Assembly (NCBI GenBank): GCA_049586675.1
Contig: JBAVCL010000007.1
Coordinates: 14,573-78,572 of the forward strand
Direction: 5' to 3'
Origin: Dehalococcoidia bacterium
GTDB taxonomy: Bacteria; Chloroflexota; Dehalococcoidia; GIF9; AB-539-J10
DNA: 64,000 nt
Below, one piece after another: positions 26,471 to 35,632 of the stretch (within the stretch, counting starts at the first letter, position 1; each line of letters starts with the position of its first letter). Made by a program: the position numbers and the translations under genes. The notes below the pieces were generated by a model. It saw only the letters and a list, made by a program, of their open reading frames with translations. It did not search any database and was not told where the DNA came from.

Positions 26471-27934
26471 ATGCAGTCTGAGTCGGAAACATCGGTTAGG
26501 CTTCGTTTTGCACCCAGTCCTACAGGGTATCCACATTTAGGTAACATCAGGACTGCTCTATTCAACTGGCTTTTTGCTCACCACCACGGCGGCAAGTTTA
26601 TCTTACGAATTGAAGATACTGACATTGCTCGTAAGGTGGAGGGCGCGGTGGAAGTAATCCTAGATAGCTTGCAGTGGCTGGGATTAAACTGGGATGAAGG
26701 GCCTTACTTCCAATCACAACGATTGCCCATTTACCGTGAAGTTGCCCAAAGATTGCTTGATGAGGGTCATGCCTATTTATGCTACTGCTCTCAAGAGCGA
26801 TTAGAGGCGATGCGCCAAGAACAGGCAAAACGTAAGCAGCCACCGAAATATGATCGCCGTTGTCGAGATTTAACACAACAGGAAAGGGCTCAGTTGGAGG
26901 CAACAGGTATTACTCCCGTGATTCGCTTTAAGACACCTCTGGAAGGTGAAACTACTTTCAATGACTTGATTTATGGCGCAGTAACTTTTAAACACAATAC
27001 CTTAGACGACTTCATCCTGCTCAAATCCGATGGTTATCCCACATATCATCTGGCTAATATAGTAGATGACCATTCAATGGCTATCTCGCATGTTCTGAGA
27101 GCTGAAGAGTGGCTCTCCAGCACTCCCCGGCATGTTTTGCTTTACCAAGCTCTAAACTGGCAAGCTCCGCAATTTGCTCATTTGCCCATGATTCTGGGAC
27201 CTGACCGTGCCAAATTGTCCAAAAGGCATGGTGCTACCAATATTAGCGAATATCAAAAGCAAGGATACCTCCCAGATGCCATGATCAATTTCTTGGCGCT
27301 TTTGGGCTGGTCGCTTGATGATAGGACTGAGTTATTATCCCGAGAAGAATTGATAAAACACTTCTCTCTAGAAAGGGTAGGCAAAACAGCGGCTATCTTT
27401 AATAGAGATAAGCTAGAATGGATGAACGGGGTTTATTTGCGCAAACTAAGCCTGGGAGAATTTGTTCATCAAGCCCTGCCATTTTTAGATAGAGATTTGC
27501 CAAAACCGGTGAGGCGTCCATTGGATGAGAGTTACGTCAGTCAGGTTCTGTCTCTCATTCAAGAACGAGCAAAAACTCTGGCTGAGGTCCCTCAACTTGC
27601 TAGCTTTTTCTTCCTCGACGAGCTGCAATATGATACAGGCCTGCTTTTCAAAGGGAAACTGGATGCCCAATCAGCTGCTAAGGCTATTACGGTTGCTTCG
27701 CAAAAGTTAATAGGAGTAACAACCTGGGATGCCACTATGCTTGAGGGTATCCTGCGCCCTCTGGCCACAGAGCTGAACTTGGGAACAGGGGAATTTTTTG
27801 GTTTATTGAGGGTAGCTGTTACAGGACGCACTGCGGCACCACCATTGTTTCAGACCATGGCAGTATTGGGAAAAGAGAAATGCCTGAAACGATTCGATAT
27901 AGTATTGCAGTTGCTATCCACTTATTTTAACTAA
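26471..27934 (+). CDS. gltX: glutamyl-tRNA synthetase
   Basis: RFAPSPTGYPHLGNIRTAL (HIGH region) and KLSKRHG (KMSKS). 487 aa. Confidence 0.92.
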   Translation: MQSESETSVRLRFAPSPTGYPHLGNIRTALFNWLFAHHHGGKFILRIEDTDIARKVEGAVEVILDSLQWLGLNWDEGPYFQSQRLPIYREVAQRLLDEGHAYLCYCSQERLEAMRQEQAKRKQPPKYDRRCRDLTQQERAQLEATGITPVIRFKTPLEGETTFNDLIYGAVTFKHNTLDDFILLKSDGYPTYHLANIVDDHSMAISHVLRAEEWLSSTPRHVLLYQALNWQAPQFAHLPMILGPDRAKLSKRHGATNISEYQKQGYLPDAMINFLALLGWSLDDRTELLSREELIKHFSLERVGKTAAIFNRDKLEWMNGVYLRKLSLGEFVHQALPFLDRDLPKPVRRPLDESYVSQVLSLIQERAKTLAEVPQLASFFFLDELQYDTGLLFKGKLDAQSAAKAITVASQKLIGVTTWDATMLEGILRPLATELNLGTGEFFGLLRVAVTGRTAAPPLFQTMAVLGKEKCLKRFDIVLQLLSTYFN

Positions 27935-28103
27935 CTGCCACGTGTAGCTTCGTAGCAGGACTCCAAATAGTCTTCGGCTCTTGCCATACCTGCTAAAATA
28001 GCCCAAAAATTTGCAATCTTTGCTTGGAAAGCCCAAAGGGTATTGACAAAGCTTTGCTCTTATAGTAACAATATAGGCATAGCAAAATTAAAAGGAGGGC
28101 ATA

Positions 28104-28247
28104 ATGGCAACAGCTTATTGCATGAAGTGCAGGAAAAAGAGGGAGATAAGCAACCCTAGGCGGGTTATGCTCAAGAACCGCAGACCTGCCACCCAAGGTG
28201 TCTGCCCTGTGTGCGGCACAAAAGTATTCAGAATAGAGAAACGCTAA
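28104..28247 (+). CDS. small zinc-ribbon protein (DUF5679-like)
   Basis: Hand-translated 47 aa MATAYCMKCRKKREISNPRRVMLKNRRPATQGVCPVCGTKVFRIEKR with CxxC...CxxC. AAAGGAGGG Shine-Dalgarno 5 nt upstream. Missing from the track because it is under 60 aa. Confidence 0.6.
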   Translation: MATAYCMKCRKKREISNPRRVMLKNRRPATQGVCPVCGTKVFRIEKR

Positions 28248-28397
28248 ATATCTACGGCGGTCACCGGGTATTGAGAGTAGTCACGCAGTAGCGGTGACAC
28301 TACCTATGTTTGTGTGAATTCCGCAGGCGAGCGGGCTTAGATTTTTACGGGATATTTATTTCCCGGGCTATTCTGGTATCTTTTGGGAATAGTCTCA

Positions 28398-28706
28398 AAA
28401 AGTAAAAACCACATAGCTTGTTATTTCTCTCAGGGTGTGGTTAAAAATTTTGTTGTTGGTATCTCTTAGATTTAAAACCCTCTGGGAAATTTTCTGAGCT
28501 CCTCGCCGAAGATATTTATATATTTTTAGCAAAAGTGCGCGGATTAATCTACTTCCGCTGAAAAATATGTAATCCAGCTTGTAGGTCTTAAATTCCTCCT
28601 CGATTCTATTGCTAACCTTCTTCAGAAAATCTTTCTTCTGTTCTTCAGCCCTGCGGGCAAACCTTTTTTTCGCCTCTTCCTCCTTTCCTATGTTCCATGT
28701 TGATTT
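28398..28706 (-). pseudogene. start-less 102-codon ORF, possible remnant of an eRF1/VLRF1-like protein
   Basis: Open frame between two TGA codons with no ATG/GTG/TTG near its 5' end. It encodes ...GKEEEAKKRFARRAEEQKKDFLKKVSNRIEEEF...YIFFSGSRL..., which resembles the RFxRxRE...F(L/Y)KKV segment after the GGQ loop of eRF1-fold proteins. Confidence 0.25.
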
Positions 28707-28762
28707 TCAGTAGTGGAGAGGGGCTTTTAATTCATCCTGACTTAGGTTAAACTTTAGCGAAT

Positions 28763-31222
28763 ATGGCTCAGAAATATAACCCTCGGGAAATCGAAAAAAG
28801 ATGGCAACAGAAGTGGGCAGCTGACCATATTTATGAGATAAAAGAGGATGGTAAGCGCCCAAAATTTTATGCCTTGACCATGTTCCCCTATACCTCAGGA
28901 GACCTTCACATTGGTCATTGGTATGCCATGGCGCCCTCAGATGTTTATGCCAGATTTAAAAGGATGCAGGGCTATAATGTGTTCCATCCTATGGGCTTTG
29001 ACGCCTTTGGGCTACCGGCGGAAAATGCGGCCATCAGCCGTGGAATTCACCCCTATGAGTGGACAATGAGAAATATAGAGAATATGCGGCGACAGCTCAA
29101 GAGTATGGGGGCAATCTATGACTGGAGCCGTGAGGTAATTAGTTGCCTGCCGGACTACTATAAATGGACGCAATGGTTTTTCCTTAAATTCTATCACGCT
29201 GGTCTGGCCTATCGGGCTAAAGCGCCGGTTAACTGGTGTCCCAAATGTCAGACAGTGTTAGCTAACGAACAAGTAATAGGGGAAGGTTTTTGTGAGAGGT
29301 GCAGCACGCCAGTGACTAGAAAAGAGCTGGAACAATGGTTCTTCAGGATTACTAGATACGCTGAGAAACTCCTTGATCATAGTCGTCTGGACTGGCCAGA
29401 ACGCATAAAGATAATGCAGAAGAACTGGGTGGGCAAGAGCGAGGGCGCGGAAATTTCCTTCTGGCTAGAGCATGAGGGTGTGGAGCAGAAAGAGATACGA
29501 GTGTTCACTACTCGCCCGGATACCATTTTCGGGGTGACTTTCTTCCTCTTGGCTCCGGAGCATCCTTTTGTTTCTCAATTGACTACCTTGGAGCATAAAG
29601 CTGAAGTAGGCGAATATATTGCTTGGTGTCGGCGACAAACTGAGTACGAACGGGTGGCACTGGGCAGAGAGAAAACAGGGGTTTTTCTGGGAAGCTACGT
29701 TGTCAATCCGATGAACCGGGAACGAGTGCCTATTTGGATTACTGATTATGTATTGCCAACTTATGGCACCGGAGCAGTGATGGCAGTGCCTGCTCATGAT
29801 GAACGAGATTTGGAATTTGCCCGAAAGTTTAAGCTACCTGTGCGAACAGTTATTGCTCCTCCGGGTTGGACAGGTGAAGAATTATCGGAGGCATATGCTG
29901 GGTCAGGTACGATGGTGAGTTCTGGGGAGTTTAGCGGTTTACCCAACGAACAAGGATATGAGGCAATCTGTGCTTTATTAGAGAAAAAAGGATGGGGCAA
30001 GCGGACGGTCGTTTATCGCCTTCGTGATTGGCTTATCTCCAGACAGAGGTATTGGGGGGCACCCATACCTATGGTTTATTGTGATAAATGTGGCATAGTC
30101 CCTGTGCCTGAGGAGGATTTGCCTGTTCTGCTGCCTCCCGATGCGGAATTTAAACCCACCGGGGAATCTCCTTTGAAATATTGCTCAAGTTTTGTCAATA
30201 CCACCTGTCCAAAATGTTCTGGGCCGGCACAAAGGGAAACTGATACTATGGATACTTTTATGTGTTCCTCGTGGTATTTCTTGAGGTACACCAGTCCTAA
30301 AATCAAGAATGCCCCTTTTGATGCTGCCAAGGTGAAATATTGGTTGCCTGTGGATTTGTATACTGGGGGTGCTGAGCACGCAGTTATGCATCTCTTCTAC
30401 GCTCGTTTTTTCATCAAGGCGTTGAAGGATATGGGCCTGGTCGACTTTGATGAGCCCTTTACTCGGCTATTTAATCAGGGGACCATAATTTATCGTGGTG
30501 ATAAGATGAGCAAATCTAGAGGCAATGTAATTGCCCCTGACAAATATGTGGCTGAGTTAGGAGCCGACGCCGTTCGTGGGTATCTCATGTTTATTGGTCC
30601 TTGGGAGTTGGGTGGGGAGTGGAATGATAGGGGCATTGTGGGCATCAGCCGCTGGCTGAATCGAGTGTGGAGCTTAATAACCACAGATTATACTAGCCAT
30701 GTTGTTGATCCTGAGACTGAGAAAGAATTCCTTCGTTTAACTCATAAGACAATTAAAGAGGTGACTGCTGATTTGGAAAAGTTCCGCTTCAACACCATGT
30801 TGTCTAGCCTTATGGAATTCAGCAATTACCTATCTAAGGTTAAAGGGAGTGGGGTGGTGTCAGATTCTCTATGGGGGGAAGCTATTAGCTATTTTCTGCT
30901 TCTCCTTGCCCCCACCGCTCCTCATCTTGCCGAAGAGTTATGGAACGAGACTGGGCATCCTTATAGTATTCATAATAGTATTCATAATCAACCATGGCCT
31001 GAGTATGACGAAGAGCTAGCTAAGGAAGAAGAGATTACCTTAGTTATTCAAGTGAATGGTAAACTTCGCGATAAGGTGCTTGTACCCGCTTCTATAAGTG
31101 AAGTCGAGGCCAAAGAACTAGCGCTGGGTCGAGAGCGAGTGAGGGCTTATATTGATGGTAAGAAACTTACTAGAGTCATTTATATCCCCAAGCGGGTGGT
31201 GAATATCGTGGTAGCATCATGA
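28763..31222 (+). CDS. leuS: leucyl-tRNA synthetase
   Basis: 819 aa with PYTSGDLHIGHWY (HIGH) and KMSKSRGN. Confidence 0.93.
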   Translation: MAQKYNPREIEKRWQQKWAADHIYEIKEDGKRPKFYALTMFPYTSGDLHIGHWYAMAPSDVYARFKRMQGYNVFHPMGFDAFGLPAENAAISRGIHPYEWTMRNIENMRRQLKSMGAIYDWSREVISCLPDYYKWTQWFFLKFYHAGLAYRAKAPVNWCPKCQTVLANEQVIGEGFCERCSTPVTRKELEQWFFRITRYAEKLLDHSRLDWPERIKIMQKNWVGKSEGAEISFWLEHEGVEQKEIRVFTTRPDTIFGVTFFLLAPEHPFVSQLTTLEHKAEVGEYIAWCRRQTEYERVALGREKTGVFLGSYVVNPMNRERVPIWITDYVLPTYGTGAVMAVPAHDERDLEFARKFKLPVRTVIAPPGWTGEELSEAYAGSGTMVSSGEFSGLPNEQGYEAICALLEKKGWGKRTVVYRLRDWLISRQRYWGAPIPMVYCDKCGIVPVPEEDLPVLLPPDAEFKPTGESPLKYCSSFVNTTCPKCSGPAQRETDTMDTFMCSSWYFLRYTSPKIKNAPFDAAKVKYWLPVDLYTGGAEHAVMHLFYARFFIKALKDMGLVDFDEPFTRLFNQGTIIYRGDKMSKSRGNVIAPDKYVAELGADAVRGYLMFIGPWELGGEWNDRGIVGISRWLNRVWSLITTDYTSHVVDPETEKEFLRLTHKTIKEVTADLEKFRFNTMLSSLMEFSNYLSKVKGSGVVSDSLWGEAISYFLLLLAPTAPHLAEELWNETGHPYSIHNSIHNQPWPEYDEELAKEEEITLVIQVNGKLRDKVLVPASISEVEAKELALGRERVRAYIDGKKLTRVIYIPKRVVNIVVAS

Positions 31223-32046
31223 TAGAAAGACGAAGAAGCAAGGAAAAGGAAAAAATAAGGATAGCATTTGTTGGTGGGGGGGCTATGGGGGAAGCGATGG
31301 TTAAGTGTCTTTTGACTAAGAAGGTAGCTACGCCACAAGATGTGGTGGTTAGCGATGTCAGTCCGGTGCGGCGTGAATTATTGAGCAGGGAGTATGGAGT
31401 TAGCACTTTGGCTGATAACAGAAAGGCGGTGGCAAATGCCGGCTTGATTATTCTGGCAGTGAAGCCTCAGGATCTGCCTCAAGTAATGGAGGGGATAAAA
31501 GGTTTAGCGCCCGAACAACTAGTGTTATCTATAGTAGCTGGCACTACTCTGTCCAGTTTACGCCAGGGTTTAAACCATTCCTCTGTAATTCGAGCTATGC
31601 CTAATATGCCAGCGCAAATTGGCGAGGGAATGATTATCTGGACAGCAACTGCTGAGACTGAGCAGAAGCAAAAAAAGTTAGCTCAGACTATACTGGGTGC
31701 TTTAGGTAAAGAAATTTATGTTACCGATGAGAAATATTTGGGTATGGCTACGGCTTTAAGCGGCAGTGGTCCAGCTTATGTTTTTCTTTTTATCGAGGCA
31801 CTCGTCGATGCTGGTGTGCATATTGGCTTGCCTCGGGATATGGCTCAAGAATTGGTGATACAAACTATACTTGGCTCTACTCGCACTGTGGAGAAGACGG
31901 GCAAACATCCTGCTGATTTGAGGAACATGGTTACTTCGCCAGGGGGGACCACTACGGAGGCTCTTCTTCAGTTAGAAAAAGGGGGATTCCGTTCTCTCCT
32001 TCTTGAGGCCGTGGCTGCTGCTTATAAAAAAGCTAAACGCCTTTGA
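31219..32046 (+). CDS. proC: pyrroline-5-carboxylate reductase
   Basis: Rossmann motif IAFVGGGAMGEAM and C-terminal VTSPGGTTTEAL. ATGA overlap with the leuS stop. Confidence 0.88.
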   Translation: MIERRRSKEKEKIRIAFVGGGAMGEAMVKCLLTKKVATPQDVVVSDVSPVRRELLSREYGVSTLADNRKAVANAGLIILAVKPQDLPQVMEGIKGLAPEQLVLSIVAGTTLSSLRQGLNHSSVIRAMPNMPAQIGEGMIIWTATAETEQKQKKLAQTILGALGKEIYVTDEKYLGMATALSGSGPAYVFLFIEALVDAGVHIGLPRDMAQELVIQTILGSTRTVEKTGKHPADLRNMVTSPGGTTTEALLQLEKGGFRSLLLEAVAAAYKKAKRL

Positions 32047-32058
32047 GATTTGTATAAG

Positions 32059-32979
32059 ATGGATTCACCTTTTGAATATCGCAACTGTCCCAGTTGCGGG
32101 CAAAATAATTTTGAAGTGCTCTTTGAGTCTAATATGCGAGATTGCGATTTCTGTGAAGCGGTGGAGACTGTATATATGATACTTGGGAGCAAGTATGGAA
32201 GGCATGTTAAATGTCGGAATTGTCATCTTATATATGTAAATCCTATTGAGAAAGCGAGCAAAATCAATGGTGCCTATTCTAAGATGGGAAATACCGACGC
32301 CCCCATTATCCGGGGAAGTCGTTTGCGCGCAGCTAAATCACAATTGGGATTAATCAAGAAGTACAAAAGTGGCACAACACTCTTGGATATAGGTTGTGGA
32401 GAAGGTTTCTTTCTCTTTAATGCCTCCAAAGCTGGATATACTACTAAAGGGATTGAAATATCACAAGATGTGGCAGAATATGCGAGAAGGGAATTTGGCT
32501 TGGATATAGAAGCAAAGCCCTTTGAAGGGCTGCGATTCCCAGAAAACCATTTTGATGCAGTTACTCTATGGCAAGTGCTGGAGCACGTGCCATACCCGCT
32601 CATGGTTCTCAAAGAGGTTCATAGGATACTCAAGCCTGGAGGGCTGCTGGCAACATCAACCCCAGATATTGAGGGCATAATGGCAAAAATCTTCCGAAGA
32701 AAGTGGTGGAATCTAAGGAGACTGCATATAAACCAGTTTACAGCGAAGACCCTTACGGATATACTCAATCGCGCCGGATTCAAGAACGTATTCTCCACCG
32801 ATTATAAAGAATACATAAGTATATCCATGCTGGTTATTCCAGTGCTAAAACATTTGCAAGTGTATGAACGAGCAAAAGGTCTATTCCATCCTAGCTCCAC
32901 TTCAGGTAAAATCATGAATAAGCTGACGTTAGCATATTCTTCGAGATTGGATAACTGTACAGTGATTGGTTTTAAATAG
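32059..32979 (+). CDS. class I SAM-dependent methyltransferase with N-terminal Cys4 zinc ribbon
   Basis: CPSCG...CRNCH zinc ribbon, SAM motif I LLDIGCGEGFF, and LKPGG post-motif. Start set at ATG 32059; the track used TTG 32050. Confidence 0.75.
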   Translation: MDSPFEYRNCPSCGQNNFEVLFESNMRDCDFCEAVETVYMILGSKYGRHVKCRNCHLIYVNPIEKASKINGAYSKMGNTDAPIIRGSRLRAAKSQLGLIKKYKSGTTLLDIGCGEGFFLFNASKAGYTTKGIEISQDVAEYARREFGLDIEAKPFEGLRFPENHFDAVTLWQVLEHVPYPLMVLKEVHRILKPGGLLATSTPDIEGIMAKIFRRKWWNLRRLHINQFTAKTLTDILNRAGFKNVFSTDYKEYISISMLVIPVLKHLQVYERAKGLFHPSSTSGKIMNKLTLAYSSRLDNCTVIGFK

Positions 32980-32990
32980 GAGAACAATAA

Positions 32991-34022
32991 ATGGCAAATA
33001 TTTCTCTATTACAAGGGATTGAGCTTGTCGGAGGGGGAATACGTAGCTATATAACTAATCGCCCTATAGTAGTTTCTTATGAAGTAACGCTTTCTTGTAA
33101 CTGCAATTGCCATCACTGTGACCTCGGTGGGGTAATGGAGGGCGAAAAGCAAATTACACCGGAGGAGTACAGAGACTTGACTCAACGCTTGAAGCCGCTG
33201 GCAGCGCAACTTTCTGGTGGTGAGCCACTTCTGCGTAAGGACATAGTAGCTATAGTCAAGGCTGTCAAGCAAGGCGGGGTACAATACGCAATACTTGTTA
33301 CCAACGGAGTGCTGCTGAATGAGAGCAATTATCTCCAATTACGTGAAGCAGGGGTGAATCAATTTTCCGTATCACTTGACTTCCCTGATGAGCGGCATGA
33401 TGAATTTCGACGACGGCCGGGTCTCTATAAACGTTTGGAGCAAACTCTTCCCCGGCTGGCAAAGCTTGGGTTTCGGGATATTATCTTGAACACAGCTATA
33501 ACCAAAGCCAATCTGAGGGAGATATTGCCTTTGGCAAAAAAGGCCACTGAATGGGGTGTCGACATATCGTATAGTGCATATACTGCGCTGCGGACAGGGA
33601 ATGAGGACTATTGCCTCAACAATGGAGAGGATTTGGGAATTTTGCGCCAAGCCATTAATGAACTGATAATATTAAAAAAGCAAGGTACTCCTCTAGTTAA
33701 CCCAGAGCTCACGCTCCGAGATACTGTGAAATTCTTTGAACAGGGATACATGCCAAATTGTAAGGCCGGCATAAGATTTCTTGTCATAATGCCCGATGGG
33801 AGCCTAGTTCCCTGTTCACTGCACCGCACTAAATATGCTACTCGGAGAGAGATGATGGAAAATTTTTCCCGAACTAACCAATGTAGTAGTTGTTACGTCG
33901 CTATAAGGTCGTATAGTGAGATGTCGTTTTTGAGTCATACGAAAAATCTCCCTAGGTACATGCAGCAAATGGTTTTTCACTGGCCGATATCTATGAACCG
34001 CTCTCGGCCAGCCTTCAGCTGA
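32991..34022 (+). CDS. radical SAM enzyme with C-terminal Cys-rich (SPASM/twitch-like) extension
   Basis: CNCNCHHC provides the CX3CX2C motif. GGEPLL is present. C-terminal cysteines occur in NCKAG...LVPCSLH...CSSCY. Confidence 0.8.
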   Translation: MANISLLQGIELVGGGIRSYITNRPIVVSYEVTLSCNCNCHHCDLGGVMEGEKQITPEEYRDLTQRLKPLAAQLSGGEPLLRKDIVAIVKAVKQGGVQYAILVTNGVLLNESNYLQLREAGVNQFSVSLDFPDERHDEFRRRPGLYKRLEQTLPRLAKLGFRDIILNTAITKANLREILPLAKKATEWGVDISYSAYTALRTGNEDYCLNNGEDLGILRQAINELIILKKQGTPLVNPELTLRDTVKFFEQGYMPNCKAGIRFLVIMPDGSLVPCSLHRTKYATRREMMENFSRTNQCSSCYVAIRSYSEMSFLSHTKNLPRYMQQMVFHWPISMNRSRPAFS

Positions 34023-34134
34023 GCCCACGTCGAAGCCTTATCAAACCACGAGTGGCACTCAATATCAAACCAGCTTGCTCTTCAACACGCTCAGGGCAAG
34101 TGCGCTAGTAAATGAATATTTGATAAGTTTTGTC

Positions 34135-34401
34135 TTAAGTAGTAGCCGGAGTTTTACCGGGGTGTAGCTTGCGCCACTTGTTTAACAGTTGCTCCCGTGT
34201 TTCCTTGCGCTTAGGGTCAGAAACACAAGCATCCACTGGGCAAACTTCAGCACATTTGGATGATTCAAACCAGCCGACACATTCAGTGCATTTATCGGGG
34301 TTAATGGTATAAATTTCTTCCCCCTCACTTACGGCCTCATTTTTGCATTCTGGTTCACAGGCACCACAACTAATGCACTCCTCAGTAATTTTGTATGCCA
34401 T
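34135..34401 (-). CDS. 2x[4Fe-4S] ferredoxin (YfhL-like)
   Basis: CISCGACEPEC and CTEC...CAEVCP cluster motifs. 88 aa. Confidence 0.85.
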   Translation of the reverse strand: MAYKITEECISCGACEPECKNEAVSEGEEIYTINPDKCTECVGWFESSKCAEVCPVDACVSDPKRKETREQLLNKWRKLHPGKTPATT

Positions 34402-34436
34402 CTTTCTATTACCTCCTTAATTTTTAGCCACTAATT

Positions 34437-34949
34437 TTACATTTTACCCTTACCGGTGGCAAGCTTAGTGGGCATGGAAAACTTCTCCTTTAGAGCTACA
34501 GCCACGTGGTCAGGAACCATACCTTCAAGACAGCCTCCTAACTTAGCCACCTCCTTGATCAGGGTGGAGCTAAGAAATTGATATTGAGAGCTAGTCATCA
34601 AGCAAAGTAGCTCAATGTCTGGCGCCAGCTTTCTGTTCATCAGCGCCATTTCAAATTCCCGTTCGAAGTCAGAGTTTGCTCTCAAACCGCGGATCATAAC
34701 CTTTCCGCCTACTTGGTGTATAAAATCCACAGTCAGCCCTTTAAAAGCTTTAACCTCGACGTTGGGCAAGCCACTTACCACCTCTCCCACTAGTTTTACC
34801 CTTTGCTCCAGAGAAAAGAGCGGCTGTTTGGCAAGATTCTCATAGACGCCAACGATTAGCTTATCGACCAAGACCGATGCCCGTTCGATAATGTCCATGT
34901 GCCCGTAGGTAAGAGGGTCGAAGGTACCTGGATAAACTGCTACGACCAT
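34437..34949 (-). CDS. coaD: phosphopantetheine adenylyltransferase
   Basis: VAVYPGTFDPLTYGHMDII motif. 170 aa. Confidence 0.9.
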   Translation of the reverse strand: MVVAVYPGTFDPLTYGHMDIIERASVLVDKLIVGVYENLAKQPLFSLEQRVKLVGEVVSGLPNVEVKAFKGLTVDFIHQVGGKVMIRGLRANSDFEREFEMALMNRKLAPDIELLCLMTSSQYQFLSSTLIKEVAKLGGCLEGMVPDHVAVALKEKFSMPTKLATGKGKM

Positions 34950-34951
34950 AG

Positions 34952-35500
34952 CTAAACCTCCTTTTGGTATATAAAAATAAAAGTATCACCGTAGCGGCGT
35001 TGCTTAACAAGATGAAGTCCATCGTAGTCGGAATTTAAGGGGAAGCGGTTAGCGTGGCAAAGTACAATTGTAGAGTTTTCCCCGAGCAATTTCGATTTAG
35101 CTAGATTTATGAGTAAATTATTTGTAGAAGGGTCAGAGTATGGCGGGTCTATGAAGATAATGTCATAGCTACTGTTAAGGAAGGCAAGTGCTTTGCTCAC
35201 ACTACAGCAGTAAATATGGGCCCGGTGTAGTTCCCCTATTTTTCCCAAGTTGGTCCTGATAATGTCACAGCAACTTTTTCTGCGGTCAACAAAATCGACC
35301 CATTCTGCCCTACGGCTTAGAGCTTCGATACCTAGAGCACCACTGCCGGCGTATAAATCAAGAACCTGATGCCAATTGGTAGTTCTATTCTCCAGGAGAG
35401 AGAATATAGCTTGCCTAACCACGCTGGTTGTAGGTCTAATGGAGTGTTTTGGTAGAGTTTTTAAATGAGTTCCCTTTACTTTACCACCAGTGACTCGCAT
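34952..35500 (-). CDS. rsmD: 16S rRNA (guanine966-N2)-methyltransferase
   Basis: LDLYAGSGALGIEALSR and IFIDPPY motifs. Canonical rsmD-coaD pairing. Confidence 0.85.
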   Translation of the reverse strand: MRVTGGKVKGTHLKTLPKHSIRPTTSVVRQAIFSLLENRTTNWHQVLDLYAGSGALGIEALSRRAEWVDFVDRRKSCCDIIRTNLGKIGELHRAHIYCCSVSKALAFLNSSYDIIFIDPPYSDPSTNNLLINLAKSKLLGENSTIVLCHANRFPLNSDYDGLHLVKQRRYGDTFIFIYQKEV

Positions 35501-35575
35501 TTATATTAACCTTCGATAACGATTTTGTGGTATTATATTACCATCCTACCACTTAGTTCAAGTAAGCTGGGCTGG

Positions 35576-35604
35576 TTGACGGGAAGGGTGGTATGTTCTA
35601 TACT
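35576..35604 (+). promoter_or_regulatory. putative sigma-70-type promoter of clpC
   Basis: TTGACG (35576-35581), a 17-nt spacer, TATACT (35599-35604). Lies 28 nt upstream of the clpC ATG. Confidence 0.4.
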
Positions 35605-35632
35605 TTAGGTTGAAACTGCGAATAGGACTGAA

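Noticed and set aside
27993-28196. 67-aa minus-strand ORF between gltX and leuS.
   Set aside because: It overlaps the plus-strand 47-aa zinc-ribbon gene, which has a strong ribosome-binding site and a CxxC...CxxC pattern. The minus-strand peptide is hydrophobic low-complexity sequence.
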